A DNA stretch of 64,000 nt from Paragordius varius (taxonomy: Eukaryota > Animalia > Nematomorpha), in assembly GCA_964247055.1 (NCBI GenBank), contig OZ176053.1, positions 13,330,001 through 13,394,000 of the forward strand, read 5' to 3'. The number at the start of each line of letters is the position of its first letter. Position 1 is the stretch's first letter. This document shows, in pieces, positions 12,463 to 26,600 of this stretch. The position numbers and the translations under genes are program-made. The notes beneath the pieces were generated by a model. That model ran no database searches, was not told the origin of the DNA, and saw only the letters and a list, made by a program, of their open reading frames with translations.

Positions 12463-15400
12463 ATTATTTTTTATACATTCTCTTAGTAAGACTACATCAA
12501 AATATAGAGATAGTTCGACAAACTCTTTCATATCCGATTTTTACAACGATACTTTAAAAATTAATGTATAAAACTAGTCGTATCAATAAATCGCATCAAT
12601 ACTCAAGTTAAACTTTGTCCTTAAAAATCGGATATTGGTCACCGGTGAACAAAATTATTTTTTATACATTCTCTTAGTAGGACTACATCAAAATTAAGAG
12701 ATAGTTTGGCAAACTCTTTCATATCCGATTTTTACAACGATACTTTAAAAATTAATGTATAAAACTAGTCGCATCAATACTAAAGTTAAACTTTGTCCTT
12801 AAAAATCGGATATTGGTCACCGGTGAACAAAATAATTTTTTATACATTTTCTTAGTAAGACTACATCAAAATATAGAAATAGTTTGACAAACACTTTCAT
12901 ATCCGATTTTTACAACGATACTTTAAAAATTAATGTATTAAACTAGTCGCATCAATACTCATGTTAAACTTTGTCCTTAAAAATCGGATATTGGTCACGG
13001 GTGAACAAAATTATTTTTTATACATTCTCTTAGTAAGACTACATCAAATTATAGAGATAGTTTGACAAACTCTTTCATATCCGATTTTTACAATTAAACC
13101 AGTCGCATCAATACTCAAGTTAAACTTTGTCCTTAAAAATCGGATATTGGTCACCGGTGAACAAAATTATTTTTTATACATTCTCTTAGTAAGACTACAT
13201 CAAAATATAGAGATAGTTTGACAAACTCTTTCATATCCGATTTTTACAACGATACTTTAAAAATTAATGTATAAAACTAGTCGCATGATTACTCAAGTTA
13301 AACTTTGTCCTTAAAAATCGGATATTGGTCACCGGTGAACAAAATTATTTTTTATACATTCTCTTAGTACTACATCAAAATATAGAGATAGTTTGACAAA
13401 CTCTTTCATATCCGATTTTTACAACGATACTTTATAAATTAATGTATAAAACTAGTCGTATCAATAAATCGCATTAATACTCAAGTTAAACTTTTTCCTT
13501 AAAAATCGGATATTGGTCACCGGTGAACAAAATTATTTTTTATACATTCTCTTAGTAGGACTACATCAAAATATAGAGATAGTTTGGCAAACTCTTTCAT
13601 ATCCGATTTTTACAACGATACTTTAAAAATTAATGTATAAAACTAGTCGTTATAAATCGCATCAATACTCAAGTTAAACTTTGTCCTTAAAAATCGGATA
13701 TTGGTCACCGGTGAACAAAATTATTTTTTATACATTCTCTTAGTAAGACTACATCAAAATATAGAGATAGTTTGACAAACTCTTTCATATCCGATTTTTA
13801 CAACGATACTTTAAAAATTAATGTATAAAACTAGTCGCATGATTACTCAAGTTAAACTTTGTCCTTAAAAATCGGATATTGGTCACCGGTGAACAAAATT
13901 ATTTTTTATACATTCTCTTAGTAGGACTACATCAAAATATAGAGATAGTTTGACAAACTCTTTCATATCCGATTTTTACAATTAAACCAGTCGCATCAAT
14001 ACTCAAGTTAAACTTTGTCCTTAAAAATCGGATATTGGTCACCGGTGAACAAAATTATTTTTTATACATTCTCTTAGTAAGACTACATCAAAATATAGAG
14101 ATAGTTTGACAAACTCTTTCATATCCGATTTTTACAACGATACTTTAAAAATTAATGTATAAAACTAGTCGCATGTTTACTCAAGTTAAACTTTGTCCTT
14201 AAAAATCGGATATTGGTCACCGGTGAACAAAATTATTTTTTATACATTCTCTTAGTAGGACTACATCAAAATATAGAGATAGTTTGACAAACTCTTTCAT
14301 ATCCGATTTTTACAACGATACTTTATATTTTAATGTATAAAACTAGTCGTATCAATAAATCGCATCAATACTCAAGTTAAACTTTGTCCTTAAAAATCGG
14401 ATATTGGTCACCGGTGAACAAAATTATTTTTTATACATTCTCTTAGTAGGACTACATCAAAATATAGAGATAGTTTGGCAAACTCTTTCATACCCGATTT
14501 TTACAACGATACTTTAAAAATTAATGTATAAAACTAGTCGTATCAATAAATCGCATCAACACTCAAGTTAAACTTTGTCCTTAAAAATCGAATATTGGTC
14601 ACCGGTGAACAAAATGATTTTTTATACATTCTCTCAGTAAGACTACATCAAAATATAGAGATAGTTTGACAAACTCTTTCATATCCGATTTTTACAACGA
14701 TACTTTAAAAATAATGTGTTAAACTAGTCGCATCAATACTCAAGTTAAACTTTGTCCTTAAAAATCGGATATTGGTCACCGGTGAACAAAATAATTTTTT
14801 ATACATTTTCTTAGTAAGACTACATCAAAATATAGAAATAGTTTGACAAACACTTTCATATCCGATTTTTACAACGATACTTTAAAAATTAATGTATTAA
14901 ACTAGTCGCATCAATACTCATGTTAAACTTTGTCCTTAAAAATCGGATATTGGTCACGGGTGAACAAAATTATTTTTTATACATTCTCTTAGTAAGACTA
15001 CATCAAATTATAGAGATAGTTTGACAAACTCTTTTATATCCGATTTTTACAATTAAACCAGTCGCATCAATACTCAAGTTAAACTTTGTCCTTAAAAATC
15101 GGATATTGGTCACCGGTGAACAAAATTATTTTTTATACATTCTCTTAGTAAAACTACATCAAAATATAGAGATAGTTTGACAAACTCTTTCATATCCGAT
15201 TTTTACAACGATACTTTAAAAATTAATGTGTTAAACTAGTCGCATCAATACTCAAGTTAAACTTTGTCCTTAAAAATCGGATATTGGTCACCGGTGAACA
15301 AAATTATTTTTTATACATTCTCTTAGTAAAACTACATCAAAATATAGAGATAGTTTGACAAACTCTTTCATATCCGATTTTTACAACGATACTTTAAAAA

Positions 15401-18400
15401 TTAATGTGTTAAACTAGTCGCATCAATACTCAAGTTAAACTTTGTCCTTAAAAATCGGATATTAGTCACCGGTGAACAAAATTATTTTTTATACATTCTC
15501 TTAGTAAGACTACATCAAAATATAGAGATAGTTCGACAAACTCTTTCATATCCGATTTTTACAACGATACTTTAAAAATTAATGTATAAAACTAGTCGTA
15601 TCAATAAATCGCATCAATACTCAAGTTAAACTTTGTCCTTAAAAATCGGATATTGGTCACCGGTGAACAAAATTATTTTTTATACATTCTCTTAGTAGGA
15701 CTACATCAAAATTAAGAGATAGTTTGGCAAACTCTTTCATATCCGATTTTTACAACGATACTTTAAAAATTAATGTATAAAACTAGTCGCATCAATACTA
15801 AAGTTAAACTTTGTCCTTAAAAATCGGATATTGGTCACCGGTGAACAAAATAATTTTTTATACATTTTCTTAGTAAGACTACATCAAAATATAGAAATAG
15901 TTTGACAAACACTTTCATATCCGATTTTTACAACGATACTTTAAAAATTAATGTATTAAACTAGTCGCATCAATACTCATGTTAAACTTTGTCCTTAAAA
16001 ATCGGATATTGGTCACGGGTGAACAAAATTATTTTTTATACATTCTCTTAGTAAGACTACATCAAATTATAGAGATAGTTTGACAAACTCTTTCATATCC
16101 GATTTTTACAATTAAACCAGTCGCATCAATACTCAAGTTAAACTTTGTCCTTAAAAATCGGATATTGGTCACCGGTGAACAAAATTATTTTTTATACATT
16201 CTCTTAGTAAGACTACATCAAAATATAGAGATAGTTTGACAAACTCTTTCATATCCGATTTTTACAACGATACTTTAAAAATTAATGTATAAAACTAGTC
16301 GCATGATTACTCAAGTTAAACTTTGTCCTTAAAAATCGGATATTGGTCACCGGTGAACAAAATAATTTTTTATACATTTTCTTAGTAAGACTACATCAAA
16401 ATATAGAAATAGTTTGACAAACACTTTCATATCCGATTTTTACAACGATACTTTAAAAATTAATGTATTAAACTAGTCGCATCAATACTCATGTTAAACT
16501 TTGTCCTTAAAAATCGGATATTGGTCACGGGTGAACAAAATTATTTTTTATACATTCTCTTAGTAAGACTACATCAAATTATAGAGATAGTTTGACAAAC
16601 TCTTTCATATCCGATTTTTACAATTAAACCAGTCGCATCAATACTCAAGTTAAACTTTGTCCTTAAAAATCGGATATTGGTCACCGGTGAACAAAATTAT
16701 TTTTTATACATTCTCTTAGTAAGACTACATCAAAATATAGAGATAGTTTGACAAACTCTTTCATATCCGATTTTTACAACGATACTTTAAAAATAATGTG
16801 TTAAACTAGTCGCATCAATACTCAAGTTAAACTTTGTCCTTAAAAATCGGATATTGGTCACCGGTGAACAAAATAATTTTTTATACATTTTCTTAGTAAG
16901 ACTACATCAAAATATAGAAATAGTTTGACAAACACTTTCATATCCGATTTTTACAACGATACTTTAAAAATTAATGTATTAAACTAGTCGCATCAATACT
17001 CATGTTAAACTTTGTCCTTAAAAATCGGATATTGGTCACGGGTGAACAAAATTATTTTTTATACATTCTCTTAGTAAGACTACATCAAATTATAGAGATA
17101 GTTTGACAAACTCTTTTATATCCGATTTTTACAATTAAACCAGTCGCATCAATACTCAAGTTAAACTTTGTCCTTAAAAATCGGATATTGGTCACCGGTG
17201 AACAAAATTATTTTTTATACATTCTCTTAGTAAAACTACATCAAAATATAGAGATAGTTTGACAAACTCTTTCATATCCGATTTTTACAACGATACTTTA
17301 AAAATTAATGTGTTAAACTAGTCGCATCAATACTCAAGTTAAACTTTGTCCTTAAAAATCGGATATTAGTCACCGGTGAACAAAATTATTTTTTATACAT
17401 TCTCTTAGTAAGACTACATCAAAATATAGAGATAGTTCGACAAACTCTTTCATATCCGATTTTTACAACGATACTTTAAAAATTAATGTATAAAACTAGT
17501 CGTATCAATAAATCGCATCAATACTCAAGTTAAACTTTGTCCTTAAAAATCGGATATTGGTCACCGGTGAACAAAATTATTTTTTATACATTCTCTTAGT
17601 AGGACTACATCAAAATTAAGAGATAGTTTGGCAAACTCTTTCATATCCGATTTTTACAACGATACTTTAAAAATTAATGTATAAAACTAGTCGCATCAAT
17701 ACTAAAGTTAAACTTTGTCCTTAAAAATCGGATATTGGTCACCGGTGAACAAAATAATTTTTTATACATTTTCTTAGTAAGACTACATCAAAATATAGAA
17801 ATAGTTTGACAAACACTTTCATATCCGATTTTTACAACGATACTTTAAAAATTAATGTATTAAACTAGTCGCATCAATACTCATGTTAAACTTTGTCCTT
17901 AAAAATCGGATATTGGTCACGAGTGAACAAAATTATTTTTTATACATTCTCTTAGTAAGACTACATCAAATTATAGAGATAGTTTGACAAACTCTTTCAT
18001 ATCCGATTTTTACAATTAAACCAGTCGCATCAATACTCAAGTTAAACTTTGTCCTTAAAAATCGGATATTGGTCACCGGTGAACAAAATTATTTTTTATA
18101 CATTCTCTTAGTAAGACTACATCAAAATATAGAGATAGTTTGACAAACTCTTTCATATCCGATTTTTACAACGATACTTTAAAAATTAATGTATAAAACT
18201 AGTCGCATGATTACTCAAGTTAAACTTTGTCCTTAAAAATCGGATATTGGTCACCGGTGAACAAAATTATTTTTTATACATTCTCTTAGTACTACATCAA
18301 AATATAGAGATAGTTTGACAAACTCTTTCATATCCGATTTTTACAACGATACTTTATAAATTAATGTATAAAACTAGTCGTATCAATAAATCGCATTAAT

Positions 18401-21400
18401 ACTCAAGTTAAACTTTTTCCTTAAAAATCGGATATTGGTCACCGGTGAACAAAATTATTTTTTATACATTCTCTTAGTAGGACTACATCAAAATATAGAG
18501 ATAGTTTGGCAAACTCTTTCATATCCGATTTTTACAACGATACTTTAAAAATTAATGTATAAAACTAGTCGTTATAAATCGCATCAATACTCAAGTTAAA
18601 CTTTGTCCTTAAAAATCGGATATTGGTCACCGGTGAACAAAATTATTTTTTATACATTCTCTTAGTAAGACTACATCAAAATATAGAGATAGTTTGACAA
18701 ACTCTTTCATATCCGATTTTTACAACGATACTTTAAAAATTAATGTATAAAACTAGTCGCATGATTACTCAAGTTAAACTTTGTCCTTAAAAATCGGATA
18801 TTGGTCACCGGTGAACAAAATTATTTTTTATACATTCTCTTAGTAGGACTACATCAAAATATAGAGATAGTTTGACAAACTCTTTCATATCCGATTTTTA
18901 CAATTAAACCAGTCGCATCAATACTCAAGTTAAACTTTGTCCTTAAAAATCGGATATTGGTCACCGGTGAACAAAATTATTTTTTATACATTCTCTTAGT
19001 AAGACTACATCAAAATATAGAGATAGTTTGACAAACTCTTTCATATCCGATTTTTACAACGATACTTTAAAAATTAATGTATAAAACTAGTCGCATGTTT
19101 ACTCAAGTTAAACTTTGTCCTTAAAAATCGGATATTGGTCACCGGTGAACAAAATTATTTTTTATACATTCTCTTAGTAGGACTACATCAAAATATAGAG
19201 ATAGTTTGACAAACTCTTTCATATCCGATTTTTACAACGATACTTTATATTTTAATGTATAAAACTAGTCGTATCAATAAATCGCATCAATACTCAAGTT
19301 AAACTTTGTCCTTAAAAATCGGATATTAGTCACCGGTGAACAAAATTATTTTTTATACATTCTCTTAGTAAGACTACATCAAAATATAGAGATAGTTCGA
19401 CAAACTCTTTCATATCCGATTTTTACAACGATACTTTAAAAATTAATGTATAAAACTAGTCGTATCAATAAATCGCATCAATACTCAAGTTAAACTTTGT
19501 CCTTAAAAATCGGATATTGGTCACCGGTGAACAAAATTATTTTTTATACATTCTCTTAGTAGGACTACATCAAAATTAAGAGATAGTTTGGCAAACTCTT
19601 TCATATCCGATTTTTACAACGATACTTTAAAAATTAATGTATAAAACTAGTCGCATCAATACTAAAGTTAAACTTTGTCCTTAAAAATCGGATATTGGTC
19701 ACCGGTGAACAAAATAATTTTTTATACATTTTCTTAGTAAGACTACATCAAAATATAGAAATAGTTTGACAAACACTTTCATATCCGATTTTTACAACGA
19801 TACTTTAAAAATTAATGTATTAAACTAGTCGCATCAATACTCATGTTAAACTTTGTCCTTAAAAATCGGATATTGGTCACGGGTGAACAAAATTATTTTT
19901 TATACATTCTCTTAGTAAGACTACATCAAATTATAGAGATAGTTTGACAAACTCTTTCATATCCGATTTTTACAATTAAACCAGTCGCATCAATACTCAA
20001 GTTAAACTTTGTCCTTAAAAATCGGATATTGGTCACCGGTGAACAAAATTATTTTTTATACATTCTCTTAGTAAGACTACATCAAAATATAGAGATAGTT
20101 TGACAAACTCTTTCATATCCGATTTTTACAACGATACTTTAAAAATTAATGTATAAAACTAGTCGCATGATTACTCAAGTTAAACTTTGTCCTTAAAAAT
20201 CGGATATTGGTCACCGGTGAACAAAATTATTTTTTATACATTCTCTTAGTACTACATCAAAATATAGAGATAGTTTGACAAACTCTTTCATATCCGATTT
20301 TTACAACGATACTTTATAAATTAATGTATAAAACTAGTCGTATCAATAAATCGCATTAATACTCAAGTTAAACTTTTTCCTTAAAAATCGGATATTGGTC
20401 ACCGGTGAACAAAATTATTTTTTATACATTCTCTTAGTAGGACTACATCAAAATATAGAGATAGTTTGGCAAACTCTTTCATATCCGATTTTTACAACGA
20501 TACTTTAAAAATTAATGTATAAAACTAGTCGTTATAAATCGCATCAATACTCAAGTTAAACTTTGTCCTTAAAAATCGGATATTGGTCACCGGTGAACAA
20601 AATTATTTTTTATACATTCTCTTAGTAAGACTACATCAAAATATAGAGATAGTTTGACAAACTCTTTCATATCCGATTTTTACAACGATACTTTAAAAAT
20701 TAATGTATAAAACTAGTCGCATGATTACTCAAGTTAAACTTTGTCCTTAAAAATCGGATATTGGTCACCGGTGAACAAAATTATTTTTTATACATTCTCT
20801 TAGTAGGACTACATCAAAATATAGAGATAGTTTGACAAACTCTTTCATATCCGATTTTTACAATTAAACCAGTCGCATCAATACTCAAGTTAAACTTTGT
20901 CCTTAAAAATCGGATATTGGTCACCGGTGAACAAAATTATTTTTTATACATTCTCTTAGTAAGACTACATCAAAATATAGAGATAGTTTGACAAACTCTT
21001 TCATATCCGATTTTTACAACGATACTTTAAAAATTAATGTATAAAACTAGTCGCATGTTTACTCAAGTTAAACTTTGTCCTTAAAAATCGGATATTGGTC
21101 ACCGGTGAACAAAATTATTTTTTATACATTCTCTTAGTAGGACTACATCAAAATATAGAGATAGTTTGACAAACTCTTTCATATCCGATTTTTACAACGA
21201 TACTTTAAAAATTAATGTATAAAACTAGTCGTATCAATAAATCGCATCAATACTCAAGTTAAACTTTGTCCTTAAAAATCGGATATTGGTCACCGGTGAA
21301 CAAAATTATTTTTTATACATTCTCTTAGTAGGACTACATCAAAATTAAGAGATAGTTTGGCAAACTCTTTCATATCCGATTTTTACAACGATACTTTAAA

Positions 21401-23633
21401 AATTAATGTATAAAACTAGTCGCATCAATACTAAAGTTAAACTTTGTCCTTAAAAATCGGATATTGGTCACCGGTGAACAAAATAATTTTTTATACATTT
21501 TCTTAGTAAGACTACATCAAAATATAGAAATAGTTTGACAAACACTTTCATATCCGATTTTTACAACGATACTTTAAAAATTAATGTATAAAACTAGTCG
21601 TATCAATAAATCGCATCAATACTCAAGTTAAACTTTGTCCTTAAAAATCGGATATTAGTCACCGGTGAACAAAATTATTTTTTATACATTCTCTTAGTAA
21701 GACTACATCAAAATATAGAGATAGTTCGACAAACTCTTTCATATCCGATTTTTACAACGATACTTTAAAAATTAATGTATAAAACTAGTCGTATCAATAA
21801 ATCGCATCAATACTCAAGTTAAACTTTGTCCTTAAAAATCGGATATTGGTCACCGGTGAACAAAATTATTTTTTATACATTCTCTTAGTAGGACTACATC
21901 AAAATTAAGAGATAGTTTGGCAAACTCTTTCATATCCGATTTTTACAACGATACTTTAAAAATTAATGTATAAAACTAGTCGCATCAATACTAAAGTTAA
22001 ACTTTGTCCTTAAAAATCGGATATTGGTCACCGGTGAACAAAATAATTTTTTATACATTTTCTTAGTAAGACTACATCAAAATATAGAAATAGTTTGACA
22101 AACACTTTCATATCCGATTTTTACAACGATACTTTAAAAATTAATGTATTAAACTAGTCGCATCAATACTCATGTTAAACTTTGTCCTTAAAAATCGGAT
22201 ATTGGTCACGGGTGAACAAAATTATTTTTTATACATTCTCTTAGTAAGACTACATCAAATTATAGAGATAGTTTGACAAACTCTTTCATATCCGATTTTT
22301 ACAATTAAACCAGTCGCATCAATACTCAAGTTAAACTTTGTCCTTAAAAATCGGATATTGGTCACCGGTGAACAAAATTATTTTTTATACATTCTCTTAG
22401 TAAGACTACATCAAAATATAGAGATAGTTTGACAAACTCTTTCATATCCGATTTTTACAACGATACTTTAAAAATTAATGTATAAAACTAGTCGCATGAT
22501 TACTCAAGTTAAACTTTGTCCTTAAAAATCGGATATTGGTCACCGGTGAACAAAATTATTTTTTATACATTCTCTTAGTACTACATCAAAATATAGAGAT
22601 AGTTTGACAAACTCTTTCATATCCGATTTTTACAACGATACTTTATAAATTAATGTATAAAACTAGTCGTATCAATAAATCGCATTAATACTCAAGTTAA
22701 ACTTTTTCCTTAAAAATCGGATATTGGTCACCGGTGAACAAAATTATTTTTTATACATTCTCTTAGTAGGACTACATCAAAATATAGAGATAGTTTGGCA
22801 AACTCTTTCATATCCGATTTTTACAACGATACTTTAAAAATTAATGTATAAAACTAGTCGTTATAAATCGCATCAATACTCAAGTTAAACTTTGTCCTTA
22901 AAAATCGGATATTGGTCACCGGTGAACAAAATTATTTTTTATACATTCTCTTAGTAAGACTACATCAAAATATAGAGATAGTTTGACAAACTCTTTCATA
23001 TCCGATTTTTACAACGATACTTTAAAAATTAATGTATAAAACTAGTCGCATGATTACTCAAGTTAAACTTTGTCCTTAAAAATCGGATATTGGTCACCGG
23101 AGAACAAAATTATTTTTTATACATTCTCTTAGTAGGACTACATCAAAATATAGAGATAGTTTGACAAACTCTTTCATATCCGATTTTTACAATTAAACCA
23201 GTCGCATCAATACTCAAGTTAAACTTTGTCCTTAAAAATCGGATATTGGTCACCGGTGAACAAAATTATTTTTTATACATTCTCTTAGTAAGACTACATC
23301 AAAATATAGAGATAGTTTGACAAACTCTTTCATATCCGATTTTTACAACGATACTTTAAAAATTAATGTATAAAACTAGTCGCATGTTTACTCAAGTTAA
23401 ACTTTGTCCTTAAAAATCGGATATTGGTCACCGGTGAACAAAATTATTTTTTATACATTCTCTTAGTAGGACTACATCAAAATATAGAGATAGTTTGACA
23501 AACTCTTTCATATCCGATTTTTACAACGATACTTTATATTTTAATGTATAAAACTAGTCGTATCAATAAATCGCATCAATACTCAAGTTAAACTTTGTCC
23601 TTAAAAATCGGATATTGGTCACCGGTGAACAAA
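12463..23633 (+). repeat. HOR domain B: 1960-bp 11-mer; copies at 12463, 17385, 19345, 21674 and a partial copy near 15.5 kb
   Basis: Marker AGTTCGAC (12516, 17438, 19398, 21727) lies exactly 854 bp before marker TTAGTACTAC (13370, 18292, 20252, 22581) in each copy. The summed monomer lengths equal 1960. Confidence 0.9.
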
Positions 23634-26600
23634 ATTATTTTTTATACATTCTCTTAGTAGGACTACATCAAAATATAGAGATAGTTTGGCAAACTCTTTC
23701 ATACCCGATTTTTACAACGATACTTTAAAAATTAATGTATAAAACTAGTCGTATCAATAAATCGCATCAACACTCAAGTTAAACTTTGTCCTTAAAAATC
23801 GAATATTGGTCACCGGTGAACAAAATGATTTTTTATACATTCTCTCAGTAAGACTACATCAAAATATAGAGATAGTTTGACAAACTCTTTCATATCCGAT
23901 TTTTACAACGATACTTTAAAAATAATGTGTTAAACTAGTCGCATCAATACTCAAGTTAAACTTTGTCCTTAAAAATCGGATATTGGTCACCGGTGAACAA
24001 AATTATTTTTTATACATTCTCTTAGTAAGACTACATCAAAATATAGAGATAGTTTGACAAACTCTTTCATATCCGATTTTTACAACGATACTTTAAAAAT
24101 TAATGTATAAAACTAGTCGTATCAATGAATCGCATCAATACTCAAGTTAAACTTTGTCCTTAAAAATCGGATATTGGTCACCGGTGAACAAAATTATTTT
24201 TTATACATTCTCTTAGTAGGACTACATCAAAATATAGAGATAGTTTGACAAACTCTTTCATATCCGATTTTTACAACGATACTTTAAAAATTAATGTATA
24301 AAACTAGTCGCATCAATACTAAAGTTAAACTTTGTCCTTAAAAATCGGATATTGGTCACCGGTGAACAAAATAATTTTTGATACATTCTCTTAGTAAGAC
24401 TACATCAAAATATAGAGATAGTTTTGCAAACTCTTTCATATCCGATTTTTACAACGATACTTTAAAAATTAATGTGTTAAACTAGTCGCATCAATACTCA
24501 AGTTAAACTTTGTCCTTTAAAATCGGATATTGGTCACCGGTGAACAAAATTATTTTTTATACATTCTCTTAGTAGGACTACGTCAAAATATAGAGATAGT
24601 TTGGCAAACTTTTTCATAGATTTTTACAACGATACTTTAAAAATTAATGTATAAAACTAGTCGTATCAATAAATCGCATCAATACTCAAGTTAAACTTTG
24701 TCCTTAAAAATCGGATATTGGTCACCGGTGAACAAAATTATTTTTTATACATTCTCTCAGTAAGACTACATCAAAATATAGAGATAGTTTGACAAACTCT
24801 TTCATATCCGATTTTTACAACGATACTTTAAAAATAATGTGTTAAACTAGTCGCATCAATACTCAAGTTAAACTTTGTCCTTAAAAATCGGATATTGGTC
24901 ACCGGTGAACAAAATTATTTTTTATACATTCTCTTAGTAAGACTACATCAAAATATAGAGATAGTTTGACAAACACTTTCGTATCCGATTTTTACAACGA
25001 TACTTTAAAAATTAATGTATAAAACTAGTCGTATCAATGAATCGCATCAATACTCAAGTTAAACTTTGTCCTTAAAAATCGGATATTGGTCACCGGTGAA
25101 CAAAATTATTTTTTATACATTCTCTTAGTAGGACTACATCAAAATATAGAGATAGTTTGACAAACTCTTTCATATCCGATTTTTACAACGATACTTTAAA
25201 AATTAATGTATAAAACTAGTCGCATCAATACTAAAGTTAAACTTTGTCCTTAAAAATCGGATATTGGTCACCGGTGAACAAAATAATTTTTGATACATTC
25301 TCTTAGTAAGACTACATCAAAATATAGAGATAGTTTGACAAACTCTTTCATATCCGATTTTTACAACGATACTTTAAAAATTATGGTATTAAACCAGTCG
25401 CATCAATACTCAAGTTAAACTTTGTCCTTAAAAATCGGATATTGGTCACCGGTGAACAAAATAATTTTTTTACATTCTGTTAGTAAGACTACATCAAAAT
25501 ATAGAGATAGTTTGACAAACTCTTTCATATCCGATTTTTACAACGATACTTTAAAAATTAATGTATTAAACTAGTCGCATCAATACTCAAGTTAAACTTT
25601 GTCCTTAAAAATCGGATATTGGTCACCGGTGAACAAAATAATTTTTTATACATTCTCTTAGCAAGAATACATCAAATAATAGTTTGACAAACTCTTTCAT
25701 ATCCGATTTTTACAACGATACTTTATAAATTAATGTATAAAACTAGTCGTATCAATAAGTCGCATCAATACTCAAGTTAAACTTTGTCCTTAAAAATCGG
25801 ATATTGGTCACCAGTGAACAAAATAATTTTTTATACATTCTCTTAGTAAGACTACATCAAAATATAGAGATAGTTTGACAAACTCTTTCATATCCGATTT
25901 TTACAACGATACTTTAAAAATTATGGTATTAAACCAGTCGCATCAATACTCAAGTTAAACTTTGTCCTTAAAAATCGGATATTGGTCACCGGTGAACAAA
26001 ATTATTTTTTATACATTCTCTTAGTAAGACTACATCAAAATATAGAGATAGTTTGACAAACTCTTTCATATCCGATTTTCACAACGATACTTTAAAAATT
26101 AATGTATTAAACTAGTCGCATCAATACTCAAGTTAAACTTTGTCCTTAAAAATCGGATATTGGTCACCGGTGAACAAAATAATTTTTTATACATTCTCTT
26201 AGCAAGAATACATCAAATAATAGAGATAGTTTGACAAACTCTTTCATATCCGATTTTTACAACGATACTTTATAAATTAATGTATAAAACTAGTCGTATC
26301 AATAAGTCGCATCAATACTCAAGTTAAACTTTGTCCTTAAAAATCGGATATTGGTCACCAGTGAACAAATTAATTTTTTATACATTCTCTTAGTAAGACT
26401 ACATCAAAATATAGAGATAGTTTGACAAACTCTTTCATATCCGATTTTTACAACGATACTTTAAAAATTATGGTATTAAACCAGTCGCATCAATACTCAA
26501 GTTAAACTTTGTCCTTAAAAATCGGATATTGGTCACCGGTGAACAAAATTATTTTTTATACATTCTCTTAGTAAGACTACATCAAAATATAGAGATAGTT

